Source: Betaproteobacteria bacterium
Lineage (GTDB): Bacteria > Pseudomonadota > Gammaproteobacteria > Burkholderiales > SG8-39
Assembly: GCA_947479645.1 (NCBI GenBank)
Contig: CANKAJ010000001.1
Coordinates: 10,009 to 74,008 of the forward strand
DNA: 64,000 nt
Direction of reading: 5' to 3'
Below, in pieces: positions 8,778 to 18,446 of this stretch. The position numbers and the translations under genes were made by a program. How positions within the stretch are numbered: the stretch's first letter is position 1; every line of letters begins with the position of its first letter. The notes under the pieces are model-generated. The model saw nothing but the letters and a program-made list of their open reading frames with translations, was not told where the DNA came from and searched no databases.

Positions 8778-9743
8778 ATGAAGTGGATATGTGTACTTAT
8801 CGCGTCATTACTGGCGCTTGCTTCCTTTTCCCAGGCCTGGGCACAGGTTTTTCCCAGCAAACCGTTGCTCTGGATCATTCCTTATGCGCAGGGAGGCGGC
8901 GCCGATGCGATAGTCCGGCCATTGTCGATCAAAGTAGGGCAGGCCCTGGGCCAGACCATCCTGTATGACAATCGCGGCAGTGCAGGTGGCTTCGTGGCCG
9001 CGCAAGCCGTGGCCAAGGCGGCTCCCGATGGTTATACCTTTCTGATTGCGGCGGGCGTTACGCATACCTTTGCCAACCTGCTTTATGACAATCCTGGCTT
9101 TGATCCGGTGAAGGACTTTTCGCCAATCACCAATTTCGCCATCATTCCCAACACACTGGTCGCGAACCCGAAGGTACCGGCGAACAATCTCAAGGAACTG
9201 GTTGCCTATGCCAAGGCCAATCCGGACCAGATCAACTGGGCCTCATCGGGCAATGGTACGGGCGGGCACCTGGGGCTGATGCTGTTCTCCAGGCACGCTG
9301 GCATCAAGTTCGTACATGTGCCCTTCAAAGGAGCCGGCCCTGCATCGATCACGGTACTGGCTGGGCAAACCGACATGATCCTCGCCAACACCATCGTATT
9401 TACGGCGAACATCAAGGCCGGTAAGCTGAAAGCACTGGGTGTATCTGCCTCCAAACGGCTCGATATCATTCCCGATGCGCCCACATTCAACGAGCAGGGC
9501 TATCCGGTCGAAACAGCTTCTTTCTACGGTCTGGTGGCACCGACCAGGACGCCGCAGCCTATCATCGCGAAGCTGCATGATGAGATCGTGAAGATCCTCA
9601 GATCGCCAGACGAGATCAAGCGCCTGGCGGAAAACGGTGCTTTCCCGGTGGGCGACACGCCGGCGCAGTTCGCCGCTTTCATGAAAAAGGAAGTGGAGAT
9701 CTGGGCCCCGGTGATCCGCGAAAACAACATCAAGCCAGATTAA
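8778..9743 (+). CDS. Bug/TctC-family periplasmic substrate-binding protein
   Basis: AAGGAAG upstream of the ATG. Signal peptide MKWICVLIASLLALASFSQAWA, then QVFPSKPLLWIIPYAQGGGAD. Confidence 0.9.
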   Translation: MKWICVLIASLLALASFSQAWAQVFPSKPLLWIIPYAQGGGADAIVRPLSIKVGQALGQTILYDNRGSAGGFVAAQAVAKAAPDGYTFLIAAGVTHTFANLLYDNPGFDPVKDFSPITNFAIIPNTLVANPKVPANNLKELVAYAKANPDQINWASSGNGTGGHLGLMLFSRHAGIKFVHVPFKGAGPASITVLAGQTDMILANTIVFTANIKAGKLKALGVSASKRLDIIPDAPTFNEQGYPVETASFYGLVAPTRTPQPIIAKLHDEIVKILRSPDEIKRLAENGAFPVGDTPAQFAAFMKKEVEIWAPVIRENNIKPD

Positions 9744-9869
9744 GGTGAAGTTTCTGATCCATTGATGAAGATAACCACGCTGAGACGCCACATTCAAACG
9801 GCACTGGTCGCATCCGTTCCGTCATTGGCATGGATTTGGCCAGGCACAAACCGGCCAAGTCACGCCTGA

Positions 9870-11513
9870 TCATCGAAATGCAAATCCCTCATAATCATTA
9901 GCCGCAATACGATTGCATGTCTCGCGATAGCGCACGCCACCGCCCGCATACACGAGGACTCGCCGCTTGTCCTTGCCTGCCACATTCCGATTGACTCCAA
10001 GGAACCAGGAGTCCACTTCGGCGAACAGGGTTTTGTGGATGAGCGCATGGACTTCATCGGTCCATTTGTCCTCGGCCTCCTGGGTTGGTTCGACATATTC
10101 CAGCTTCTTCTTTGCCATGTACTCAAACATGCCATTGAGCCATTCGACCTGCAACTGACCGCAGATCGGGATGTTGCAAAAGCTGGCACCATTATGGGCA
10201 GCAACCAGTGTAAAGAAGTTCGGGAAGCCGACGATCTGCACGCCCAGGTAGGTGAGCGGACCTTCTGCCCACATGCTCTTGAGAGTCTTGCCTCCTTTGC
10301 CAGTAATCTCCATCCGATCCAGCGCACCCGTGACCGCATCAAATCCGGTGGCGTAAATCAGGATGTCAAGCTCGTATTCCTTGTCTGTGGTCATTACACC
10401 CTTGGGCGTAATTTCCTCGATTGGCGCTTCACGGATATCGACCAAATGCACATTCGGCTGGTTGTAGACCTCGTAGTAGCCAGAGTCCATTGGTACGCGT
10501 TTGGTGCCAAAGCCGTGATTTTTTGGAATCAGCTTTTCGGCGACAGCCTGATCCTTCACGCGCTGGCGGATCTTTCCGGCAATGAAATCCGATATCAGTT
10601 CATTGGACTTCTTGTTGGTAATAATGTCGTGGAAATTGCCGAACCAGATGCCATAGCCAGGTGCGTTGTATAGTTTCTCGAAGAACTGTTCACGTTCTTC
10701 AGCGCTTACATCAAGTGCCGAATCCGACCGGAAATTGTATGGAAAAGAGGTCAGGGTAGACTTGCAGTAGTCCAGAATTTCCTTGTACTTACCCTTGATT
10801 TCAATGGTCTGGTCGGCGCTGAGCGGGCTGTTGCGCAGCGGCGTACACCAATTTGGCGTTCGTTGGAAAACATAGAGTTCCCCCGCCGTTTTGGCGACCT
10901 CGGTAATGATCTGAACACCTGTCGCTCCCGTGCCGATAACCCCAACTCGCTTTCCACGATAATCGACTTTCTTGCCTGCCGTGCTGCCATCGGGGTCACG
11001 GGGCCAGTAGTAGGAGTGATAGGACTCACCCTTGAAGGATTCCAGTCCCTTGTAAGAGGGCATGGTCGGAGCCGATAAGGGGCCTGTCGCAGAGATCAGG
11101 TATTTCGTTATTGCCGTACTGCCGTCTTCAAGCACTACCGTCCAGCGATTGCCAGCCTCGTCATAGTTCGCCTTCATCACCCGTGTGTTGAACTGGTAGC
11201 TCCTGCGGATATCCATCTTCTCGGCCGCAAAATTCAGGTAACGCAACACCTCAGGTTGCCCGGCAAACTGCTCGCTCCAACTCCATTTCTTCAGGATTTC
11301 ATCTGAAAAAGCATAGCAGTACACATAGCTTTCCGTGTCCACGCGGCACCCGGGATAGCGGTTCCAGTACCAGGTCCCTCCGATATCTCCGGCGATGTCA
11401 TAACCCTTGACCGCAAGCCCCATCTCCCTCAATTTGTACAGCTGATACATTCCGGTAAAACCGGCTCCAATGACAATGGCGTCATACGAATTTTCTTGAG
11501 TGTTCGACATCAT
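9870..11513 (-). CDS. type I Baeyer-Villiger monooxygenase (FAD/NADPH-dependent, cyclohexanone-monooxygenase-like)
   Basis: 547 aa. Two Rossmann motifs (VIGAGFTG, VIGTGATG) and the BVMO fingerprint FxGxxxHxxxW[P/D] present as FKGESYHSYYWP. Confidence 0.9.
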   Translation of the reverse strand: MMSNTQENSYDAIVIGAGFTGMYQLYKLREMGLAVKGYDIAGDIGGTWYWNRYPGCRVDTESYVYCYAFSDEILKKWSWSEQFAGQPEVLRYLNFAAEKMDIRRSYQFNTRVMKANYDEAGNRWTVVLEDGSTAITKYLISATGPLSAPTMPSYKGLESFKGESYHSYYWPRDPDGSTAGKKVDYRGKRVGVIGTGATGVQIITEVAKTAGELYVFQRTPNWCTPLRNSPLSADQTIEIKGKYKEILDYCKSTLTSFPYNFRSDSALDVSAEEREQFFEKLYNAPGYGIWFGNFHDIITNKKSNELISDFIAGKIRQRVKDQAVAEKLIPKNHGFGTKRVPMDSGYYEVYNQPNVHLVDIREAPIEEITPKGVMTTDKEYELDILIYATGFDAVTGALDRMEITGKGGKTLKSMWAEGPLTYLGVQIVGFPNFFTLVAAHNGASFCNIPICGQLQVEWLNGMFEYMAKKKLEYVEPTQEAEDKWTDEVHALIHKTLFAEVDSWFLGVNRNVAGKDKRRVLVYAGGGVRYRETCNRIAANDYEGFAFR

Positions 11514-11834
11514 TTACCTATCGCGTACCCGTTAATGAGTTTGATGATGCAACTGATTGAGTTTTCACGCACTTGGAACTGAACGACCATGACTCCGGAG
11601 CCATCATGCTCAAGTAATCAGACTGTCATTCAATTGGGACCTGGTTGTTCCAACTTCGATATTGCATAGTTTATTCGCTGTTGGCGCTGCCGTCGATTGA
11701 ACATTCACTTTGACCTTTCGCCAAAAATAAGGAATATTGATAAGAGAACATGAAAGATCAGCCGAACTTTGTGAGACAGCCCGTTGACTCGAAATGACGG
11801 CAATTTAAATAGACAACAAGCAAAGGCCTCAAGC

Positions 11835-12533
11835 ATGGAATGCGTCAAATTTGAACAGAATGGAAAAATTGCCTATATCCGGCTTAACCGTCCGGATGTC
11901 ATGAATGCCTTCAATGTGCAGATGCTCAACGAGTTCAACGCTGCGGTGGAAGAATTCCGGCAGTCTGACCAATTGCATGTCGCCATTATTTGCGGTGAGG
12001 GGGGGCGCGCCTTTTCAACAGGCCGGGACCTTAAGGACAAGACCTTGCCAAGACCAAGTATCAATATTGCCGATGCTGAGTATTGTGACAAACCGATGAT
12101 TGCGGCGATTCGTGGATATTGCATCGGACAGGGGCTTGGCGTGGCGGTCAGCTGCGACATGCGAGTAGCCTCTTCGGATGCGGTGTTTTCCCTGCCTGAA
12201 ATTCCGCATGGCATGGTCCTGACGGGGCTGGGAGCCTTGGTCGTGCGCACCATTGGTCTCCAGGCCGCGCTTGAATTCTCTCTGATGGGGGAGAAGAAGG
12301 ATGCTGCCTGGGCTCTTCAAACAGGTCTGGTTCACAAGGTGGTGGAGCCCGGTTCAGAGTTGGCCGTCGCGGAGACAATGGCCCAGCGATTGGCCAGCAT
12401 GGACCTTGACGCGATGCGCGTATCCAAGCAGGCGCTCTACAAGTCAGCGGAAATGAACTACAGAGAACTGGTGGCGTTTGCCGAACCGCTTCGGCAGCAG
12501 GTACTCAAATCGAAAGGTAGCAAGGGGCACTGA
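11835..12533 (+). CDS. enoyl-CoA hydratase/isomerase (crotonase) family protein
   Basis: The track opens at TTG 11784. ATG 11835 gives MECVKFEQNGKIAYIRLNRPDVMNAFN..., the typical crotonase N-terminus. ...CGEGGRAFSTGRDL... and ...AAIRGYCIGQGLGVAVSCDMRV... are oxyanion-hole regions. Confidence 0.85.
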   Translation: MECVKFEQNGKIAYIRLNRPDVMNAFNVQMLNEFNAAVEEFRQSDQLHVAIICGEGGRAFSTGRDLKDKTLPRPSINIADAEYCDKPMIAAIRGYCIGQGLGVAVSCDMRVASSDAVFSLPEIPHGMVLTGLGALVVRTIGLQAALEFSLMGEKKDAAWALQTGLVHKVVEPGSELAVAETMAQRLASMDLDAMRVSKQALYKSAEMNYRELVAFAEPLRQQVLKSKGSKGH

Positions 12534-12567
12534 TCGGTCTTTTGTCTGGGCTGGCAATCACTACCAC

Positions 12568-12939
12568 TCAAAGCGCGCAAACAATATTGAGAATGCCTTC
12601 GAAGCGAGTATCTGGAGCAGTGGAATTCCATTCGCGTGCAGTGCTGTCAGACCACAGGACACGCCCACTCGCCATCGGTCCGGAGTGGGTGGAAATGGAA
12701 AGGAATCGAAAGCGCCGCTCTTTGCAATCATATTCATAGAGCGTCCGCCGTGACTTCGTTCCATCCGCTTCGCTTTGCGTCAGGTCGGCAATTTGCCAGA
12801 CCCTGCGCAGGGCTCCATTTCTGCTTATCGTAGCAGGGTCGATATAGGTCGCAGTGACGTCTGTTTTTGCCACTGCAACCCATTCGGCTGCTGCCTTAAA
12901 ACTGACGAGGATCAACAGCATAAACAATAACAGTCGCAT
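12568..12939 (-). CDS. small secreted protein, surface-adhesin-E-like fold family (tentative)
   Basis: ATG 12939 gives MRLLLFMLLILVSFKAAA (signal peptide), then EWVAVAKTDVTATYIDPATISRNGALRRVWQI...YEYDCKERRFR. This pattern is recalled from protein-E-like domain proteins. The assignment is from memory only. Confidence 0.55.
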   Translation of the reverse strand: MRLLLFMLLILVSFKAAAEWVAVAKTDVTATYIDPATISRNGALRRVWQIADLTQSEADGTKSRRTLYEYDCKERRFRFLSISTHSGPMASGRVLWSDSTAREWNSTAPDTRFEGILNIVCAL

Positions 12940-13015
12940 GCCAGCCCCCCCCTTTTTTTCAGCAACGTACCTCTGCATCAATCATTACAAACAGATTAAC
13001 GATCGTTGTTCAGGT

Positions 13016-13963
13016 TTACTGAACAACGATTGTCTTCATCAAATCGGCCCACCGCGCAGTATCACTTTTCAGTATATCGAGGAGTTCTTCAGGCGTACTG
13101 AGGAATGGAACGAAACCCAGATCGGCAATTCTTGGCGCAAGAACCGGATCCTTCATTGACCAGGTGAAATCGGTGTAAAGCTTGGAAACGATATCCTTGG
13201 CCGTGCCACCCGGCGCAAGCCAGGCATACCAGGTACTCGCCTCATTTCCTGGAAATCCTGCTTCTGTCATCGTCGGGACATCAGGCAGTTGCGTAGATCT
13301 CGCCCGGGCAGCGACACCCAGCGCTTTGAGCTTACCCGCTTTTACCATGGGAAGGCTGGCCGGTACCGCTGAGAATCCCAGATCAATGTCGCCCGCCACC
13401 ATAGCTGCGATCGGCGTTCCTTTGAACGGGACACTGACCATACTGGTGTCGGTCAGCTTCATTAGCAGGGCCATCTGAAGGTAAGGAGTCGTGCCGACTC
13501 CGGTAGACCCGAAATTCAACTGGCCTGGTTTGGCCTTGGCATATGCGATCAATTCCTTGACATTATTGACGGGCAAGGACTGCCTGATCACCAAGAGCCC
13601 CGGTGAGTAAGCCGCCAGGGATATCGGGGTAAATGTTTTCACCGGGTCATAGCTCACTTTCCGCTGTGCCGGCGCGATCGTCAGCGCATTGGTCGCAAAA
13701 ACCAGCGTATAGCCGTCCGGTGCTGCCCGCATCAGTGCTTCCAGGGCGATATCTCCGTCGGCACCGGGACGGTTTTCGACCAGCATCGAATGCCCCCATC
13801 TTTCCGACAATTTCGCGCTGACTAACCGCGCCAGCGCATCCGTTCCGCCACCGGGGGTGAATCCGACCAGAACCCGTATGGGCTTGTCGGGAAAGGCGGC
13901 CCAGACCGTCGCAGTGGGTAGCATGAAAAGCCACACCGCTAGAAAGATACTTGCAATGCGCAT
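13016..13963 (-). CDS. Bug/TctC-family periplasmic substrate-binding protein
   Basis: The track opens at 14056. ATG 13963 gives MRIASIFLAVWLFMLPTATVWA, then AFPDKPIRVLVGFTPGGGTDA. Confidence 0.9.
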   Translation of the reverse strand: MRIASIFLAVWLFMLPTATVWAAFPDKPIRVLVGFTPGGGTDALARLVSAKLSERWGHSMLVENRPGADGDIALEALMRAAPDGYTLVFATNALTIAPAQRKVSYDPVKTFTPISLAAYSPGLLVIRQSLPVNNVKELIAYAKAKPGQLNFGSTGVGTTPYLQMALLMKLTDTSMVSVPFKGTPIAAMVAGDIDLGFSAVPASLPMVKAGKLKALGVAARARSTQLPDVPTMTEAGFPGNEASTWYAWLAPGGTAKDIVSKLYTDFTWSMKDPVLAPRIADLGFVPFLSTPEELLDILKSDTARWADLMKTIVVQ

Positions 13964-14115
13964 AACACCTCCGGTTACGAGATAACGATATTCATCGTTG
14001 TTTGCAGTTGTGCCGAGAATTAAATTTGTACCGTTTGGCGCACCGATCGGGGCCAAACAGAACCAAGGGACTCAGGGTTAATTCGCAGGCTGGCACTACT
14101 TTGAGCAGAATCAGC

Positions 14116-14838
14116 TTACCAGCGAACTCCAGCCTTGACACTATAGGTGTTCGAGCTACCGGTACGATCAAACTCGCCACCGACAGCAAACAATCCCAGG
14201 CCGAAATTGACTCCGGCAAACACCTTGTTCAGGCCAACGCTTTCGGAAGAAAAGCCCACCAGGTTGCGTGGCGTTCCATTGGCCCAGACACGACCAATGC
14301 CGCCGTAGGGTGTCAGACCGATGAAGCCTTTCGAAATAACGAGATCGAGCCCTTTTGTGTCGAAGCCCAGTTGATCTACACCGCTCAACTTGGAATAGCT
14401 GCCTCGGATGGCGACCGCTGGAGCTGCCACACCTCCAGCGAGGATCGCATAACGCAGTTCAGCACCCCACAGTTTGATATTGGTTCCCGGGACCTGTGTA
14501 TATGAAGCGCCAATGTCGATATCAAATGGCAACCCCTTTTGTGCTCGTAGGCGAGCCAGGGGAAGGGTCGAAATCGAGCTATTGCTTGCGGTTCCGAATG
14601 CGTTGCTATTCATATGAGTGAAGCTGGCGTCCAGGCCAAGCTCAAATCCGGTGACGCCCAGCGGGGCGGCAGGAGACATTGATTTGTAGGAGAGTCCAGC
14701 CCCCAGGTCCTCTGTGAGCGAGCGAAAGCTGGACTGTGTTCCGAGCCGCTGCAATTGATTCAGATCTGCCGCAGCTACCGCCGTCGCAGCTATTCCAAGA
14801 ACACTTCCTGCAACTATTATCGCAATTGCGTGTCTCAT
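14116..14838 (-). CDS. putative outer-membrane beta-barrel protein
   Basis: Signal peptide MRHAIAIIVAGSVLGIAATAVAA, alternating Gly/aromatic-rich strands, and a C-terminal ...YSVKAGVRW ending in an aromatic residue as in OM barrels. Family not identified. Confidence 0.6.
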   Translation of the reverse strand: MRHAIAIIVAGSVLGIAATAVAAADLNQLQRLGTQSSFRSLTEDLGAGLSYKSMSPAAPLGVTGFELGLDASFTHMNSNAFGTASNSSISTLPLARLRAQKGLPFDIDIGASYTQVPGTNIKLWGAELRYAILAGGVAAPAVAIRGSYSKLSGVDQLGFDTKGLDLVISKGFIGLTPYGGIGRVWANGTPRNLVGFSSESVGLNKVFAGVNFGLGLFAVGGEFDRTGSSNTYSVKAGVRW

Positions 14839-15104
14839 ATCGCCTCCCTCAGGACCATTGCCAAAGAGTCTACCTCAAAGCGCATGAGTTTCGCTGGGTT
14901 TGCGATAATGACAGCCGGTTTGAATAACGCAATTCTTTTACTGGAATTGATATGATCGACAGTTGCAGTATTTTCAGGTTGCGCCGAAATCCTGACCGTG
15001 CTGTCCCGTCAGTTCATTGCAGTGATTTCCACGCCGGCAATAGTCAATTCAATCGTCATTGATGGCCTTAATCGTAAAAACAATGGTCAATGGCCATTAC
15101 TTAA

Positions 15105-16130
15105 ATGCAAATATCCCTAATGCAAACTAATCGACGACTGATACTTGCATCACGGCCGACCGGGATCCCGGGGCCGGAAAATTTCAACATCGATGTCAGG
15201 GAAGCTCTTCTTCCCGACTCAGGCGAAGTCTTGTTGGAAACGATTTGCCTTTCGATCGATCCTGCCATGCGCTCCTGGATGCGCGATGGGACCGGCTATC
15301 AGCAAGGAATACCACTCGGGGAAGTCATGCGCGGTGGCGGCATTGCTCGAATATTGTCCAGCAGGGCAGAGGGCTTCTCAGTTGGCGATCTGGTGCAGGC
15401 TCGTTTGGGGTGGCAAACGCATCCGACTCTTGCCGCGCGGTTTCTACATAAACTAGATCTGAACATTGGCGCTGTTCAGGACTGGATTGGCCCGCTTGGG
15501 CTCAGTGCGGTCACTGCCTATTTCGGTCTACGCCATATTGGCGCCATGCGACCGAATGACCGAGTGCTCGTCTCGGCCGCGGCCGGTGGCGTGGGACAGA
15601 TGGCAGTGCAAATCGCCCGTATAGAAGGGTGCCGCGTTGCTGCGATTGCAGGCGGACAGGAAAAATGCGCCTTTGTCTTGAATGAATTGGGTGCTGAGGC
15701 TGTCATTGATTACAAAGCAGAGTCGGACCTTTCTGCCGCTATTGGCCGTGCCTGCCCGGACGGAGTGGATCTTTATTTTGACAATGTTGGAGGGCCGACT
15801 TTAGATGCGTCACTTGAGCATCTGCGCAAGGAAGCCCGTGTGGTGTTGTGCGGTCGCATCTCGCAGACACACTCTGCCCAACCCTATGGCATACGCAATC
15901 TGGCACGCCTGTCTTCGGTTCACGGACGCATGCAGGCGTTTCTTGTGTTCAATTATCATGAACGTTATGACGAGGCGCGCACCTGGCTGGCAGCGCGGCT
16001 TCGTGATGGAAGTCTGCAGCAGAAACTGCATGTGCTGGATGGACTGGAGCAGGCGCCCGTCGGCCTTGGCATGCTGTTTCGTGGCGAGAACACCGGCAAA
16101 CTTGTCATTCGCCTTTCGGACTGGTCCTGA
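15105..16130 (+). CDS. NADP-dependent oxidoreductase, medium-chain (YncB/CurA, alkenal/enone double-bond reductase-like)
   Basis: N-terminus MQTNRRLILASRPTGIPGPENFNI and nucleotide motif VSAAAGGVGQMAVQIA are typical of the leukotriene-B4-dehydrogenase/YncB subgroup. The start could be 15105 or 15120. Confidence 0.85.
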   Translation: MQISLMQTNRRLILASRPTGIPGPENFNIDVREALLPDSGEVLLETICLSIDPAMRSWMRDGTGYQQGIPLGEVMRGGGIARILSSRAEGFSVGDLVQARLGWQTHPTLAARFLHKLDLNIGAVQDWIGPLGLSAVTAYFGLRHIGAMRPNDRVLVSAAAGGVGQMAVQIARIEGCRVAAIAGGQEKCAFVLNELGAEAVIDYKAESDLSAAIGRACPDGVDLYFDNVGGPTLDASLEHLRKEARVVLCGRISQTHSAQPYGIRNLARLSSVHGRMQAFLVFNYHERYDEARTWLAARLRDGSLQQKLHVLDGLEQAPVGLGMLFRGENTGKLVIRLSDWS

Positions 16131-16412
16131 TCACGACAAACTCGTGCATTTGGCGCAGTGTCACCTGACGCCTGTGTGATTACGTGAGCATCATCCATTT
16201 TGTCGGGGACCTGCATATCCGAATTGTGTTTGCGCGACTCGAGTCGAGTGATGAATTAATCTGTGTGCTATGCTTTTCAACATACCCCTTTCAGTGTAGA
16301 GGCAACGGATTCGCCGAAGAAATTGGGGGTTAAGATGCCGGATGAGCTTTGGGAAATCGATACAGTTTTCCCCTCAAGCCGCGCGCCAATACAGCCATCA
16401 AGGGAGAGAGCC

Positions 16413-17225
16413 ATGCCGAGGAATTCCAAGCCATACGATTACGAGACTCTGAAATGCGAAAAGAATGGTCATATTCTGACCATCACCATGAATCGCCCGG
16501 AGCAACTGAATGCCGCCAATCTGGTGATGAACGAGGAGTTCGGTCGTATATGGGATGAAGTTCATCGCGACAATGAAGTACGCGTAGTCATCCTGACCGG
16601 AGCCGGAAGGGCTTTTTGTGCCGGCGGTGATGTGGGCCGTATGGCCAAGTCCGAAGAAAACACGCTGGTTGATCGTTGGGTACACAGCATCAATACGAAT
16701 CGCCTTAATATCATGCGTCAGCTTGAATGCAACAAGCCCATCATCGCCAAGGTCAATGGACCTGCCGTGGGTCTGGGTGCCTCACTGGCATTGGCGTGTG
16801 ACATTGTATTCATTGCAGATGATGCAAAAATTGGTGATACGCATGTCAAGGTAGGGCTGGTTGCTGGCGATGGCGGATCCGCACTATGGCCCTGGCTGGT
16901 GGGATTTCATCGTGCCAAGGAGTATCTGTTTGGCTGCGATTTGATGCTCGGAACCGAAGCCGCGCGCATTGGCCTGGTGAACTACGCATACCCCAAGGAC
17001 CAACTTGACGCCAAGGTCCAGGAGTTTGCTGAAAAACTGGCGAATCAGCCCCCGCTTGCATTGCAGTGGACCAAAGCGGCCACCAACTCCCAACTGCGTG
17101 CAATGGTTGGTGTCAATATGGATGTGTCCTTGTCAATGGAGCACATGTCGCAGTCCACCGAGGATCACAGGGAAGCTTCGCGTGCATTCAAGGAAAAGCG
17201 CAAGCCGACCTTGAAAGGTCGTTAG
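16413..17225 (+). CDS. enoyl-CoA hydratase/isomerase (crotonase) family protein
   Basis: The track opens at 16263. ATG 16413 is preceded by AGGGAGAGAG and gives MPRNSKPYDYETLKCEKNGHILTITMNRPEQLNA. ...TGAGRAFCAGGDV... is the crotonase core. Confidence 0.85.
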   Translation: MPRNSKPYDYETLKCEKNGHILTITMNRPEQLNAANLVMNEEFGRIWDEVHRDNEVRVVILTGAGRAFCAGGDVGRMAKSEENTLVDRWVHSINTNRLNIMRQLECNKPIIAKVNGPAVGLGASLALACDIVFIADDAKIGDTHVKVGLVAGDGGSALWPWLVGFHRAKEYLFGCDLMLGTEAARIGLVNYAYPKDQLDAKVQEFAEKLANQPPLALQWTKAATNSQLRAMVGVNMDVSLSMEHMSQSTEDHREASRAFKEKRKPTLKGR

Positions 17226-17271
17226 AGTTCTCTTCAAAGTCAGGGGAAACTCCCCGGATGAGATTCAACAA

Positions 17272-17306
17272 AAATGGCCATTTCAGGAATTCTGAAATGG
17301 CCATTT
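17272..17306. terminator. bidirectional intrinsic-terminator-like hairpin between convergent genes
   Basis: AAATGGCCATTTCAG-gaatt-CTGAAATGGCCATTT forms a perfect 15-bp stem with a 5-nt loop. It is preceded by CAAAAA and followed by GATTTTG, so T-tracts are available on both strands. Confidence 0.7.
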
Positions 17307-17412
17307 GATTTTGAATATGCGGTGACTATCCTTCAACCCGCCATTCACGTGTGGACAAGCTATGAGCGCTAAATGTCCATTGGAGGCCAGTTGAACTGGC
17401 CGCTCACGCTCA

Positions 17413-18414
17413 CTAATCCTCGAGTTCGATATTGTTATCCTGAATAACCTTGGTGAGTCGCTCGCTTGCGATGAGCAAGAACTGGCGGAACTCTTCCGGC
17501 GAGCCTCCGCCAACCATTTCACCAATGGCATCCAGTTTCTTGGCTATCTCTTCGGACTTGCTGGCCTTGTTGAATTCAACGCTCAATCGGTTGACTATGG
17601 CTGCCGGTACGCCCGTGGGGAGGAAGAGTCCCAGCCACAATACATGCTCGAACTCGGGTATGCCTTCTTCCGCCAGCGACTTCAATTCAGGCAACTGCCT
17701 CAAGCGGGAGTTACGTGCGGTCAGGGCCAGCGGCCTGATTTTTCCGGCAACGATATTGGCCTGATGCGTCAAATACGAGGCATGGGTTGCCTGCACTTCG
17801 CCACTGAGAAGCCCGCTCACGGTGGCGCCAAAGCCCTTGTAAGGAATATAAGTGACTTTGACTCCCATCTGGCTGTGCATGAACTCAGCAATGATGTGCA
17901 CAATGCCTCCGGCCCCGACGGTTGCATAGTTGATCTTGCCGGGGTTGGCCTTGCCGTACGCAATATATTCTGCGACCGACTTGACAGGAAAGGCCGAATT
18001 AACCATCAATATGCTCGGCGTCCTGTTCATTTGAAATAACGGCAGGAAATCCTTGCGCCAGTCATAGGACAGTTTGGTTTTCATCAGGTGACCGTAGGTA
18101 ATTGTTGCGGAATTACCATGCATCGAATAGCCATCCGGCGCTGCCTTTGCAGCGAGTGCAGTTCCGATCCGGCCTGCCGCGCCGGGTTTGTAGTCATACG
18201 TAAATATCCATCCCGTTGCGCGACTGACTTCTGTTGTATAAAAACGCGACATCACATCAGTCGCCCCTGGCGCAAAGGGAATAATGACCGTGATCGGTTT
18301 GTTCGGATAATCTTTGATGGACGGTTGAGCAAAACTCAAACCGGGCAACACAGTGGCAAGAGTGACGGCTGCCAGTACATACAAGGGCAGTACGGATACA
18401 CGTGAATCAGGCAT
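17413..18414 (-). CDS. Bug/TctC-family periplasmic substrate-binding protein
   Basis: AGGAGA upstream of the ATG. Signal peptide ...VLPLYVLAAVTLATVLPGLSFA, then ...DYPNKPITVIIPFAPGATDV. Confidence 0.9.
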   Translation of the reverse strand: MPDSRVSVLPLYVLAAVTLATVLPGLSFAQPSIKDYPNKPITVIIPFAPGATDVMSRFYTTEVSRATGWIFTYDYKPGAAGRIGTALAAKAAPDGYSMHGNSATITYGHLMKTKLSYDWRKDFLPLFQMNRTPSILMVNSAFPVKSVAEYIAYGKANPGKINYATVGAGGIVHIIAEFMHSQMGVKVTYIPYKGFGATVSGLLSGEVQATHASYLTHQANIVAGKIRPLALTARNSRLRQLPELKSLAEEGIPEFEHVLWLGLFLPTGVPAAIVNRLSVEFNKASKSEEIAKKLDAIGEMVGGGSPEEFRQFLLIASERLTKVIQDNNIELED

Positions 18415-18446
18415 GTCTTTCTCCTAGTTGAACAGAAACGCTCGAC

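Noticed and set aside
9835-9860. Weak hairpins: TTGGCC-N11-GGCCAA between the Bug gene and the BVMO, AACGC-tttaa-GCGTT at 27833-27847, and CCGGTC-gat-GACCGG at 55799-55813
   Set aside because: The stems are only 5-6 bp without convincing U-tracts, which is too weak to call terminators.
16235-16246. 12-nt perfect palindrome CGACTCGAGTCG upstream of the second crotonase gene; a similar 13-nt AGAATGACATTCT lies at 26684-26696
   Set aside because: Roughly 15 perfect 12-nt palindromes are expected by chance in this window. There is no second copy and no adjacent regulator.
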